NCBI GenBank assembly: GCA_963848305.1
Contig: CAWKDC010000001.1
Span: forward strand, 736,001-800,000
Direction of reading: 5' to 3'
DNA from: an uncultured Gammaproteobacteria bacterium
GTDB lineage: Bacteria; Pseudomonadota; Gammaproteobacteria; JABCZS01
Length of the DNA stretch: 64,000 nucleotides
The notes under the pieces were generated by a model. That model saw nothing but the letters and a program-made list of their open reading frames with translations. It was not told where the DNA came from and did no database searches. The translations under genes were made by a program, and so were the position numbers. This document shows, in pieces, positions 10,733 through 20,896 of this stretch; positions within the stretch are counted from its first letter, which is position 1, and each line of letters begins with the position of its first letter.

Positions 10733-11926
10733 CTATTGCAACTGCGGATATTCCGGAAATGACATCGGCTCCCACACGGTGTCAAAGTTCCAACCATACG
10801 ATTCATACAGTGATTGGGTTTGCATTTCCTGAGTGGTTTTGCCCATGCCGCCGCCAAAAGACCCTAATTGTCTGGTTGTTTCTACATCCCAGAAACTACT
10901 TTTAACGAGAAAACCTGGATCGTCCGAATAACCTATTAGGCCACCTTGAGCACCGCCAACACCGGTCATACTCACTTTGCCAACCGCGTAAGCATGGGTA
11001 ACGTCCGAATAACTGATTTCGCCAATTAATCCACCGACTTTGGTGTTAGCTGTCACATTGCCCGTCGCATAAGCTTCCGAGATTATCGTGGCAGTTGCAC
11101 TGCCCACGAGGCCCCCTGCAGCACCTATTCCGGTGACATTTGTTTCGGCATAGGATTCATTGATCGACACAATATTCGATGATTGTCCAATCAAACCACC
11201 CACAGCATCAACCCCGTCTACTGAGCCCAGTGCATAACTACCCCAGATTGCGACCACGGCTTTATCGCGTCCATCCCCACCAATGGCTGTCCCCACTAAT
11301 CCACCTACCTGCCCAGCCCCCTGAATCGTGCTGTTTGAAAAAGAATCTACGATCGAGGTGAAATCTCTGGGTCCTGCCATCAGGGCACCTACCAAGCCAC
11401 CCACTGAATCGCCATAAGGCGCGCTGATCGTCACTTGACTCGACGAATCGGAAATGAAGGTATCGATGATAATTCCCGCTAATCCTCCCACTTGGTCGTT
11501 GCCCGATACAGTGCCAGAAACCGTATTGTTGGATAAAGCCGATCGAGATGGCTCGCGGCTGCCGCCGACCAGGATTCCAACACTATCACGACCATTCACG
11601 ACGGCATCCACGATAACCATGTTGGTAATCCCGACGGAATGAATAGCACCAAATAATCCGACATAATCCCTGTTTTCTTGATTTATCGTTAATCCAATGA
11701 CCGGCACATTATTTCCATTGAAACGCCCAGTAAATGCTTGATTTTCATCACCGATAGGCTGAAAATCAATGCCTTCGCAATTGATTTGATCACCCACCAA
11801 TTCATACTCGGCTGATAAATCGGTGATGCTTTGCAACGCTTCACAAGAGTCAATTGGGATGATATCTGAGGCAAAAGCATTCAGAGAAACTGAAGCCAAA
11901 ATCACTAAAAAAGATTGTCGGGACAT
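10733..11926 (-). CDS. Secreted GLUG-repeat protein
   Basis: Signal peptide, FQPIG...FTGRFNGN, repeated VGGLVG/VGGLIG units, SFWDVETT...GKTTQEMQ...WNFDTVW...YPQL. Confidence 0.85.
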   Translation of the reverse strand: MSRQSFLVILASVSLNAFASDIIPIDSCEALQSITDLSAEYELVGDQINCEGIDFQPIGDENQAFTGRFNGNNVPVIGLTINQENRDYVGLFGAIHSVGITNMVIVDAVVNGRDSVGILVGGSREPSRSALSNNTVSGTVSGNDQVGGLAGIIIDTFISDSSSQVTISAPYGDSVGGLVGALMAGPRDFTSIVDSFSNSTIQGAGQVGGLVGTAIGGDGRDKAVVAIWGSYALGSVDGVDAVGGLIGQSSNIVSINESYAETNVTGIGAAGGLVGSATATIISEAYATGNVTANTKVGGLIGEISYSDVTHAYAVGKVSMTGVGGAQGGLIGYSDDPGFLVKSSFWDVETTRQLGSFGGGMGKTTQEMQTQSLYESYGWNFDTVWEPMSFPEYPQLQ

Positions 11927-12189
11927 ACATGAGCTCCTGGTATAATGCCTGAGGACTCAAGCATTATAACTGAGTCGAAATCTGAAAGCTATGACCACAG
12001 CGTGACCATGCAAATCAATAGGATGGGTGTGATGATGCCATACTCTCGCACCTGAAGTGAATTAATAAAGTTTTTATATATTTATCTTATACTTGGAAAT
12101 ATTAAACGACATCATATACTGTGCCATCAAGATTCGTTAACCAAGGCATTGCCTTTGTACCCCCTTTTCTCCGCCCATCTCCCATCTAT

Positions 12190-12328
12190 TGATCAGTGCA
12201 GCGGCCTGCCGTTTGGCACGTTTCAGTGTATCTGCGCTTGCACCCTTTACTTTTGGCAATGCATCAAGGTCACACGCTGCCATATCACTGATTGTTCTGA
12301 CCCCTACTTTTCTTAACTCTTCCATTGA
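12190..12328 (-). pseudogene. Fragment of a second TM0106-like gene (diverged copy of 6856-6994)
   Basis: EELRKVGVRTISDMAACDLDALPKVKGAS aligns with EELRKAGVRTISDMALCDLDGLPKIKGAS; DNA is colinear over 139 bp. Confidence 0.85.
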
Positions 12329-12351
12329 CGTTGTTAGGGTTTGAGGTGCCA

Positions 12352-13005
12352 TTAAACAACAGAGACCGCATTTTTATTATCATTGCCCTCTGAGGATGTT
12401 GTCTGTCCAGACGTCGTCGCCGCATATGCAAATGTCAATGGTGAACTGATAGACTTCGTAGGACTGTTTGGCGATGAAAAGCTTGAACGATTGGATGTGG
12501 TTTGATCGGTGTAGGTGTCTTCACAAGACAAATCACTCGGAGAGTACGATGAACCGGGTGTGCTCATCGCATTCGATACTTGAATTTCCTCGACAGGTTT
12601 ATCGAAGGTGACATATTGGAAAACAAATTGTTCCACAGGCACGACTGCGTCGTAATAATAGCTATGCACCGTTTTTCTTATAGTAACTACAGGTGTTGTT
12701 AGGATTGAAAGATTGCAAAATGTAATGCCACATATCCTAGTATCCCCATAGACGACTGGTGCAAAATCATCAATATTTATAGCAACACTCAGCATATTCA
12801 CAATGGCCCAAATTTCAGGACGCCTGTCATCTGGACGACGAGGGTATGTTCTAACATGCGAATCATTAGGATTAGACTCCAAGTATTCTGCCACCGCAGA
12901 TTTTAATTTCTCAGGAGTGCAGGCTTTTTCGTGCTTCATGGCAAATAAAGCATACGAGATACTTTCGTAAAAAGAGTCTGGCGTTTGAGACATTTTGACC
13001 AGCAC
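12352..13005 (-). CDS. OTU-like domain lacking catalytic residues plus Ser/Thr/Pro tail; possibly the 3' part of the 12936-15906 gene
   Basis: QTPDSFYESISYAL...LKSAVAEYL..NP...RPEIWAIVNMLSVAINI...YYYDAV resembles OTU motifs and the C-terminal domain of the 1520-aa ORF. Confidence 0.55.
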   Translation of the reverse strand: MLVKMSQTPDSFYESISYALFAMKHEKACTPEKLKSAVAEYLESNPNDSHVRTYPRRPDDRRPEIWAIVNMLSVAINIDDFAPVVYGDTRICGITFCNLSILTTPVVTIRKTVHSYYYDAVVPVEQFVFQYVTFDKPVEEIQVSNAMSTPGSSYSPSDLSCEDTYTDQTTSNRSSFSSPNSPTKSISSPLTFAYAATTSGQTTSSEGNDNKNAVSVV

Positions 13006-14681
13006 ACGCTCCCAACCCAGAGGTCTGGACCCGACTCGCCCGGTATCTTGTCCGTCACCGTTTTAAATCTCGCCATGAGATAAGCAGACCGCGCAGGTAT
13101 TCCCACCTCGCAGGTGAATCTTTCTTTTCGAGGAGTATCCTTCCCGAACAGACATGTTTTAGGCTCAATGTTGAGCGCCGTTTCAAGCAACTCCAAATAT
13201 GATTCAAATCTATTGAGCTGCCCCCAAGTAACCGTGTATTCCTCTTCGCGTTTTTCATAATAGGCAATGTCTCTTCTCCATGATGTAATGTATTCCTTAT
13301 GATTTTTGATATCCCTTTCAATACATGCTTCTTTCTTTTTTAATGTATTGACACTGCTCCATGTCAACGAAGTGACCTCCTCATCTGCGGCTTTTATACA
13401 TTTTAAAAGCTCATGTTTATCCGTATCGGAGAGGTTCACCTTTAACTTAGAATCATCTCGATTTTCAACTAAATACTTTAATGCGTAGAGTTCCCTTGTA
13501 AAACGACTGAGAATCTGAGGTCCACTTTCTTCGGGATATTCAGGCGGTGCTTTGTAAAGAACAATGGCATCATTGTTGGGTGATTCGGCCTGCTCCATGA
13601 GTCTCTGAAGCTCTGCTCTGAGGGGCTTGACTCTTTCATCCTCTTTTATCTCCAAATAATGTTTATCGAACCACAGATCTATTTGAGATTTAGCATGTAC
13701 CTTAAGCGTGGCCACGTATGCCATCAAGGATATTACATTGTCAGTTTCCAGTTGCCAAAGCTTCGGAATAACCTTTTCAAGGATCTCTGCATCAATATAT
13801 TGTGCACTTTTTTGCTCTGCCCATTCGTTGAATTTTACAAAAATAGCATTTGCAATGCGTTTATTTTTCTCACCCCATTTTTTTGTCGTATCAGGATGAT
13901 ATTCATGGGATAAGCTTTTACGCAATTTCTCAAATGATTCTTTGTCTCCATTAAATGGCTTTAGCTCGTTGTCATATTTATCAAACCATGCATTCACACG
14001 TTTGTATGTTTGACAAAATGCTGATTCAATCTCATTAATTCTGAATTTGATGTCTGGACGTGTGCTCAGCTCAAGAGGCAGTGTCGTTACGGCCCTGTTG
14101 ACTGATGCTTGATAAGTCTTAAGAATGCCCCTCATGACGGAGGCAGAATAATCAAATTCATTGATTTGGTCAATAAGTGCTGCGCGTGCAATATCTTCTA
14201 TTTTTTCCAGCTCACTCAAAAATTGTTTCTCCTGCATTTGCTGTTGAAAAAGGGTCCCTTTTTCCTTAAGACCTGCTAACTGCACTTGGTACTTATCAAA
14301 CAACGCTCTGGCAAAATTTGTATCAGGATCAGTGCCTTCTAATTTGACCGTCTCGCGAAGATCCTTGAGAAAAATCATCATCTCACAGGGAAGGCTCAGC
14401 AAAGCCTCTGCATTATTGTATGTGCTAGCTTGCACAGCGGAAGCACTTAAGGCAGCCTCTGAATGCTGAAGAATCTCGCCAAATGCCATGTCCAATTCTC
14501 GAAATAGATCATCCACATCCCGTTGGATCTCAGGATGTCCCAACCAAACAAATAAGTTTTCATCACCACGGCTGCCACTCAGATCGGAAATTTTGGCTTG
14601 CTTTTGCACAGCTTGGATGAGCTGCGCGACAAGGCAAAGAATAAGCTGCACTTTAATTTGGGGAGTATTTTCTTCAGGCAT
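12936..14681 (-). CDS. Coiled-coil effector-like protein with J-domain-like HPD segment
   Basis: LRKSLSHEYHPD...ANAIFVKFNE. The frame is open upstream to about 14760, so it is probably fused to the 14746-15906 ORF. Confidence 0.65.
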   Translation of the reverse strand: MPEENTPQIKVQLILCLVAQLIQAVQKQAKISDLSGSRGDENLFVWLGHPEIQRDVDDLFRELDMAFGEILQHSEAALSASAVQASTYNNAEALLSLPCEMMIFLKDLRETVKLEGTDPDTNFARALFDKYQVQLAGLKEKGTLFQQQMQEKQFLSELEKIEDIARAALIDQINEFDYSASVMRGILKTYQASVNRAVTTLPLELSTRPDIKFRINEIESAFCQTYKRVNAWFDKYDNELKPFNGDKESFEKLRKSLSHEYHPDTTKKWGEKNKRIANAIFVKFNEWAEQKSAQYIDAEILEKVIPKLWQLETDNVISLMAYVATLKVHAKSQIDLWFDKHYLEIKEDERVKPLRAELQRLMEQAESPNNDAIVLYKAPPEYPEESGPQILSRFTRELYALKYLVENRDDSKLKVNLSDTDKHELLKCIKAADEEVTSLTWSSVNTLKKKEACIERDIKNHKEYITSWRRDIAYYEKREEEYTVTWGQLNRFESYLELLETALNIEPKTCLFGKDTPRKERFTCEVGIPARSAYLMARFKTVTDKIPGESGPDLWVGSVCWSKCLKRQTLFTKVSRMLYLP

Positions 14682-14745
14682 GCAACGGAATGCTTGACGA
14701 ATGGATCCACAGACTGATGCAATAATTTCAAACGGACATGCATCA

Positions 14746-15906
14746 TCATTCTCGATACTTTTCGGCCCGTTCTTCCGGAGTCATTACTTCAAGCTCTACT
14801 AAACGTCTTCCACATTCTGTTCGATACTGCCTCAAGCGTTGTCTTTGATTTTTTCTGAGGCTGGTTAAAGCAGAAATATCCTCAACATCAAACAAGGTAA
14901 CAGCTCTGTTGTTAAATTTTCTAATGATGCTACGAGAGTCGTTTGCGAAGGCTTCGATATTGATCTTGTCGCTTTTTCGAGCTTTTTTAAAAACTTCGGT
15001 GATTTCGCCATACTTCCGATCTGCAGCATTTTGCAAATATTCAGCACCAAGTGCAATGGCACATTGTTGTATGTCTTCAGCTCTGCTTTTGATGCGTTCG
15101 AGTTGAATCGCTCCTGATACGCCGTTAACATAGATCCCAGACAAATTATATACACTCAATTGCTGAACATGTTCTAGCAGTCGTTTATATTGCTTTTGCC
15201 ATTTACAAAATTGCGGATCAGCATCTGAAAAAAAAGAATTCACACATCCTTCTTTTTTTCCAAGAAGTCCTGTATAACCAGAGCTCATCACGACACGAAT
15301 TAATTCATTGATTATTTTGACAATAGATTCCCGTTCCGTATCTGTAGGTTGCTTCAGCTCATTGTTAGGGATAGCCAATGGTGTTTTCATCTCGTCTTGC
15401 CTCTCGCTGGTTGTGGGCTTCTTCGGTGCACATGGCTGCAGGGCATTGCGTACCAGGGTGAACAATTGACATAATGCACCAAAACTTTTTCCCATAAAAG
15501 TTGATCTCATGTAAACCCAAAAAGGAGCTGCACTGTTTGACTTGAAAGTATGCAGAATCGCTGATTCCCCTGGGCGCAGCAAGGAAAGTTGCATGTTGCC
15601 ATCATACAATTTTTTGAGTGCTCCTAATAAATAACGTTGGTTATCTTTCAAATCAATTTGATACCACCAACGGTATAAGGAAGGGAAAAACCACCAAGTA
15701 CCTGCTAGCTCATGGGCCATGCACTTATCAATTCGCTCATGAAGCCTTGGAAGTTCTGAAGATGACTTATCTCTGACGTCAGGCCACAGCGCTTGATGAG
15801 CGATCTTATATTGTCTGTCAAAGTCTGGTTGCATGTTTAAACGCAGACAAGCAAGATCTAAATCATCTTGTGACAACGCATGTGAAACATCATTTCTGCT
15901 GCCCAT
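14746..15906 (-). CDS. Hypothetical effector-like protein (likely N-terminal part of a frameshifted gene)
   Basis: 386-aa ORF with RBS ggag. Deleting one base in the 4-nt run at 14759-14762 reads through into the 581-aa frame. Confidence 0.65.
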   Translation of the reverse strand: MGSRNDVSHALSQDDLDLACLRLNMQPDFDRQYKIAHQALWPDVRDKSSSELPRLHERIDKCMAHELAGTWWFFPSLYRWWYQIDLKDNQRYLLGALKKLYDGNMQLSLLRPGESAILHTFKSNSAAPFWVYMRSTFMGKSFGALCQLFTLVRNALQPCAPKKPTTSERQDEMKTPLAIPNNELKQPTDTERESIVKIINELIRVVMSSGYTGLLGKKEGCVNSFFSDADPQFCKWQKQYKRLLEHVQQLSVYNLSGIYVNGVSGAIQLERIKSRAEDIQQCAIALGAEYLQNAADRKYGEITEVFKKARKSDKINIEAFANDSRSIIRKFNNRAVTLFDVEDISALTSLRKNQRQRLRQYRTECGRRLVELEVMTPEERAEKYRE

Positions 15907-15999
15907 GACGTATGCTCCGTTTTGAATACTTACTAGTCTATCACATAACCCCCACGGAAATAAATCCTTAAGGGGATTATACAGAGCATAGCCTATGCA

Positions 16000-18900
16000 T
16001 CAATTGCGGCGCTCAGGTGGCCGTAGACTACTCCCTGGTTGCCAGTCACCCCTATTGGGTTGTGTGAAATATACCCCAGAACTTCTACCTGGCCCCCTAA
16101 GGCCAGGTGAGAGAGGGGTAGGTAGGGTTAGGGGTCGATTTAAGGGGGGAGATTGAGTTGGGGATGTGCCTGCAGGAGTTAGTTGGCTAGCGCCTTGAGT
16201 AATAGATGAACCATTGGGTAGCAATGACTTATAAAATCCACCAGCCGTAAGTTCCAAATGAATTTTATGTGGAGATTCTGAGCCATACCGATGTACCCGT
16301 CCATCGGATTCTCGAACATGAATATGAAGAGAGAATATTCGTACCAAAGCCCATATTTCAGGTTTTCCCGCTGAAATTGTGCCTTCTGTAATCCCTTGCA
16401 AATGAATAGTCAGTGCTGCATCGTCCCTGATTGCACCCAAAAAATACATACTACGGTTTGCATTCATATGCTCTATCACCTGTTCTTTTATCCGGCTGGC
16501 AGTCAAAATACCACGATACCTAATATGATTTAACTGTGATTCAACTGCCATAAAAAAGGAGTTATTGTCCTCAGGAAATTCCAGAGGATACAAATCGTTT
16601 ATAGGATGTGACGAACCCTGAGCACTTTCACCTTCCACACTACCTCCCTGGCACTTACCAACCTCTCCACGCAGACGATCATGCTCTACCAGCAACGGTT
16701 GCAGCTCTCTTTGAAATTGGCTTAAGGCATATTCATCATGCTTTCTCCCAAATTGACCCGGCTCACGTCTATACTTTGTCGCCACTTCATGCAGCTGAAG
16801 TATAATATTACGATAGTTTTCGATGGGGAAAGGGTGTATAGCTTGGTTTTTCATCATTGCCTCGATATACTCAACGAAAGGTAAATCACTTTTGACAGAA
16901 TGTCTCGCAAGCGCTACTTGAGCAATATTCTGGTAGATTTTGATAATATCCCGTGTCTTGTCGAAGCTCACAACGGCATTCCTTAATGCAATATTTTCGT
17001 CATTTGTCAGCTCTGATTGAGGAAGTTTAGATCTGCCCGCTGTAAGTTCGAGGGCATCTTTCACATAGGTCATATGTGAACGCATACTCACCGTTATGAG
17101 TGTCACGAAAAACAGAGCGCGAAGCCTTGATAACTCTATCCTCCTCCTTTTCAGCGCTGCAATCTTTCCAGCATTTTGTTCGTCTGATAGGATTGTAGAC
17201 TCAGGTGCCCCTATTAATGCATTCAAATAGGCAATTTCTTCGCCGGCTGAATAGAAAGGGTTAATAAAGTATACTTTGTCAATCATGACCAATTGTTTAA
17301 AATGAGACATGATATAGTTAATTTTTTGATCAAAGCTTATCAAATAATCGACCTGACCAGTGCTGAACACCCCAGGATCTGGAACGGTATTGAATAATCC
17401 ATTAGGACTATATACCGTCATTCTGGTTTTATCCTTTTGAGCTCTTTCTGGATCCACGCCATCTGGCTTAGGTGCGTCTTCCAATTTAGTATAAGCATGG
17501 AAAGCCGCAATGAAGGAAGATTCTTGCTCCAGCCAGCGGTGATTTGCCACACCACTGATCAACTGATTATCCAATGAAATTCGAGTGATCATAAGTGCGC
17601 CTAACTCATCATCACGATAAAGTTGAGTAACAACATCCACGGGCCGTGTACCATGAACATTTTGCATGCCCGGATCAACCCCTAGCATGAGCAGCCCTCT
17701 AACCATGGGAAGATTTTTCCACGGGTTATCGCTCTGAAGCGCGATATGTAATAAATTATTCCCATGCTCATAAATAGTCTCAGGACTCACTGTGGGAGGA
17801 TATTTCCCAAAGAATTCATACAAAAAATCCCCATCACTGAGGCCAAGGTTACTACGCAACTCCTGAAATCCTTGAATATTACCTTGCCCAATGATTTCAA
17901 TGAGATCAGTCTTGTATTTATTTGCAAACTCGTCCTTACCTTCCAGAAAAGTACCTATGTTGATTCTGTCATTGATGCACCTACCCAGCATTGAGGAATC
18001 TCTCAGGCCGACCAACTCAGAAAGTGCATTAAGTACTGCTTCATTTGCACTGCACTCCCCTTCCAGTTCTGTCAATATATTGGACAAAGTTACAATACTT
18101 TGCCTAATGCCACCCCCGACGGTCATCAACTGTACCGCAGTATAGGGCAGCTGATATTCTTCAACCATATCTACATATTCAGCTATTTTTTGTTCAGTGT
18201 TTTTAGGAACAACTTGCAAATCATCAGTGATAAAGTCTTGTTCTCGTTTGTCAGCTGCACTCCTAGTATATTCAAGGATCAACGTTTTTTTGTATTCATC
18301 AAATATTTTCTCTAAGACCTTTTGTAGGATTGTCAATTTATCTGCGTCATCTGTTTCATTCCACAATGGAAATACCCGGCCTCTGAGCACAGAAGCTGCG
18401 CTCAAATATTCCAATAAATTCAAAATGCGTCGCAAGATACCTGATCTAACAGCTAACCGCTGGGTCGCTTTTTCAATATCTTGCAAATCCTTCAACTGCC
18501 TAATCTCAAGTTTTTTTCTGAGGTCAGAGTCTTTAATAAGATATCTGAGCACATTCCACAAATTATTTTCAGTCGCTTCCTTCGCAGTCTTCTCATAAAA
18601 TGATTGAAGCTCACCACCTTTTCGTGCGTAAACATCTGCTGCCAGCGGATCAAAATCATCGGATGGAGTCATTTTATAACTGGCACGCCCCATGACAACA
18701 CCACTAGATTTCTCCTTGTCTTTAACTTTTTCATGATGCAACTTTTTAAGTGTATCTTTAGAAACATGCTCATGTTTTGACAATACTTCAAGACGTTCAA
18801 ACTGATTGCCTTCTGTGAAAAAAATATGCATGTCACGTTTTGTTTTTATTTTATTTTTTGAAAGCCATTCATAGAAATCCACTGCTTCACTGGATTCTGA

Positions 18901-20562
18901 ATTGAGTGAGGAAAATAAGGATAATAAGGAAAATGCAGTTTCACTATTTGAGGATCCGGAAACAAGAACTTTGGCACGCGCTATATTCAGATAATCATCA
19001 TTTTTTTTGCTCCATGTGGTTCTCCTCCACATGTTCAATTTAATACCTTTCAAGGTTGCGTATGCGAGCAAAACCAGTGGATGCGACCACCCTTGTTCAA
19101 CTTTTTGTTGAATTAAATCATAGTGTAAATAGGCATGAATCAAATAAGGATCCATTACCAATGCATCAAAAAAACGTTTACCTGCTGCCGGGGAGTCTCC
19201 ATTTGGATTAACATGATCTTTCAGCACATCCAGAATGTTGCGATTGACCAAATTCGTTCCCCTCAAACCATCGCGAATATCCCTATGCAATTCTTCGGAT
19301 GCTAAGTAATCATTAACATTTGTTTGACTGATCCGCTCTTTTAATGTTTGAGGTAATGCTTCCGATACTAAATACTGATAAAAATCTTGTTTAACCACTG
19401 CTAGCCGCAATGCATCCTTGACAATTTTCTTGACGATACTATGTTGATTGGGGACTAATGGCGTTTCATTTGAAGTGCAAGGTATCCATAAATTTTCTGA
19501 TAACAACTGATATGCTTCTTCACGGGTAGCACCGAAGGCCATAAAACTTTTATCTTGACGAGTCGGGAGAGGGCAAACAGTGTATTCATTGGGTTGTGCG
19601 CCAGGCTTCATGCGCCGAAGCTGTTTCTTGGAAGACTGATCCAAAAAGACTTCTTCACCATGTACCCCGAAGGAACTCACAAGATGATCAGTTTCGTCAG
19701 CTTGTGGATTAGGTGCAGGGTGATCTGAAGATTCACTTGGATCTTCAGTAAATAAAACACGTTGTCCTTCATCGATATCTTCTTTATAGTCTGTTAATTC
19801 AATGAAGCTGTCCTCGAGTATTGATAGTTTGTTGGATCCGTTGTTTTCTCCACTCTGTGAAGTGATTGACAACGTTTTCTGATCCAGTTTGGCCACAGCA
19901 CGCAAAACACAGATGGGTGATGCCCCGTGATTCACTTTACCCATGGATACGTCAAATCGAATATATGCGATGTACACTAGATCATGTTGGGGTAAGCATC
20001 TCTTTTCTTCATCAGTTAATGTTCTCTTTTCTTGAACCTCTGCAACCAGTGAAGCCACAGGCGTGACCAATGTTTCGAGTAATGCATCATCATTGACATA
20101 TTTTCTTACCTCCTGCTCTTGCTCATGAATATTCCTTGTTTGATTGATATGATCTCGGATCACTGGATCATTGATGATATGACCTATTTCAGAGGCGCGA
20201 CGCAGTTTCTCTTTCTTCGGTTGTACCGGTAATGTTTCACCGGGTTTATCTTTAGAAATAATGTCATGAAAAACAAGAAAATTCACGAACGAGTCCGTTT
20301 CTAAGGCAGCATCGACCGCTGGTTTAATCATTTCCTTGATTGACGCTAGGTGGCGCGTCATCAAACTGGCAGTTTCACGCCTAGACATCCCAAAAATGGC
20401 GTACACCCCATCGCCTTCTTCCCCTACAGGTCGTCGTATAAAATGATTTTCATGGTCATGGGTATATTCATATGTTTCATTGGTCACACTGAGGCCAGTG
20501 AGTTCAGCTAGATTGATTTTTTCTTCTGCATTAGCACGGTTAGATGCGCTGAATGAAAACAT
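16000..20562 (-). CDS. 1520-aa effector-like protein: three degenerate OTU-like domains, ankyrin repeat, Pro/Ser-rich tail
   Basis: Ankyrin HGNNLLHIAL...GVDPGMQNVHGTRPVD. OTU-like segments at about 19860-20445, 18788-19587 and 16216-16590. RBS aggag. Confidence 0.75.
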   Translation of the reverse strand: MFSFSASNRANAEEKINLAELTGLSVTNETYEYTHDHENHFIRRPVGEEGDGVYAIFGMSRRETASLMTRHLASIKEMIKPAVDAALETDSFVNFLVFHDIISKDKPGETLPVQPKKEKLRRASEIGHIINDPVIRDHINQTRNIHEQEQEVRKYVNDDALLETLVTPVASLVAEVQEKRTLTDEEKRCLPQHDLVYIAYIRFDVSMGKVNHGASPICVLRAVAKLDQKTLSITSQSGENNGSNKLSILEDSFIELTDYKEDIDEGQRVLFTEDPSESSDHPAPNPQADETDHLVSSFGVHGEEVFLDQSSKKQLRRMKPGAQPNEYTVCPLPTRQDKSFMAFGATREEAYQLLSENLWIPCTSNETPLVPNQHSIVKKIVKDALRLAVVKQDFYQYLVSEALPQTLKERISQTNVNDYLASEELHRDIRDGLRGTNLVNRNILDVLKDHVNPNGDSPAAGKRFFDALVMDPYLIHAYLHYDLIQQKVEQGWSHPLVLLAYATLKGIKLNMWRRTTWSKKNDDYLNIARAKVLVSGSSNSETAFSLLSLFSSLNSESSEAVDFYEWLSKNKIKTKRDMHIFFTEGNQFERLEVLSKHEHVSKDTLKKLHHEKVKDKEKSSGVVMGRASYKMTPSDDFDPLAADVYARKGGELQSFYEKTAKEATENNLWNVLRYLIKDSDLRKKLEIRQLKDLQDIEKATQRLAVRSGILRRILNLLEYLSAASVLRGRVFPLWNETDDADKLTILQKVLEKIFDEYKKTLILEYTRSAADKREQDFITDDLQVVPKNTEQKIAEYVDMVEEYQLPYTAVQLMTVGGGIRQSIVTLSNILTELEGECSANEAVLNALSELVGLRDSSMLGRCINDRINIGTFLEGKDEFANKYKTDLIEIIGQGNIQGFQELRSNLGLSDGDFLYEFFGKYPPTVSPETIYEHGNNLLHIALQSDNPWKNLPMVRGLLMLGVDPGMQNVHGTRPVDVVTQLYRDDELGALMITRISLDNQLISGVANHRWLEQESSFIAAFHAYTKLEDAPKPDGVDPERAQKDKTRMTVYSPNGLFNTVPDPGVFSTGQVDYLISFDQKINYIMSHFKQLVMIDKVYFINPFYSAGEEIAYLNALIGAPESTILSDEQNAGKIAALKRRRIELSRLRALFFVTLITVSMRSHMTYVKDALELTAGRSKLPQSELTNDENIALRNAVVSFDKTRDIIKIYQNIAQVALARHSVKSDLPFVEYIEAMMKNQAIHPFPIENYRNIILQLHEVATKYRREPGQFGRKHDEYALSQFQRELQPLLVEHDRLRGEVGKCQGGSVEGESAQGSSHPINDLYPLEFPEDNNSFFMAVESQLNHIRYRGILTASRIKEQVIEHMNANRSMYFLGAIRDDAALTIHLQGITEGTISAGKPEIWALVRIFSLHIHVRESDGRVHRYGSESPHKIHLELTAGGFYKSLLPNGSSITQGASQLTPAGTSPTQSPPLNRPLTLPTPLSPGLRGPGRSSGVYFTQPNRGDWQPGSSLRPPERRN

Positions 20563-20649
20563 ACTATTTCTCCTACAACTGAGTGACTTTAGAGCATATA
20601 CTCTTTTCGGTATCAGCTGATATTATCTCGCATATTAGCAGTGAAAAGC

Positions 20650-20666
20650 TACAGACAATGTCTGTA
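20650..20666. promoter_or_regulatory. Perfect palindrome TACAGACA-A-TGTCTGTA upstream of the 1520-aa gene
   Basis: 8-1-8 dyad 22 nt from a minus-strand GATAAT hexamer. Confidence 0.5.
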
Positions 20667-20831
20667 AGTTGTGTGAGAGATTGACTATTATAAAGATTTG
20701 TTAATTAGATTCGTTATTATGGCCGTGGGTCCTCTTAACATGGCTAAGCACCCTGTGTAAACCCAACCTTTGCTCTATTGCCGAACATTTCTATTTAGCC
20801 AGGGATAGCACATCTCTAAATCGCGCAAGCG

Positions 20832-20858
20832 TCCCGGGCACGTATACGTGACCTGGGA
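20832..20858. terminator. GC-rich hairpin (REP-like or terminator)
   Basis: tcccgggcacgtatacgtgacctggga, just downstream of the AAA ATPase gene. Confidence 0.4.
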
Positions 20859-20896
20859 ACCATTGACATGGGATGTAGGCGCCACGTGTTAATGTC

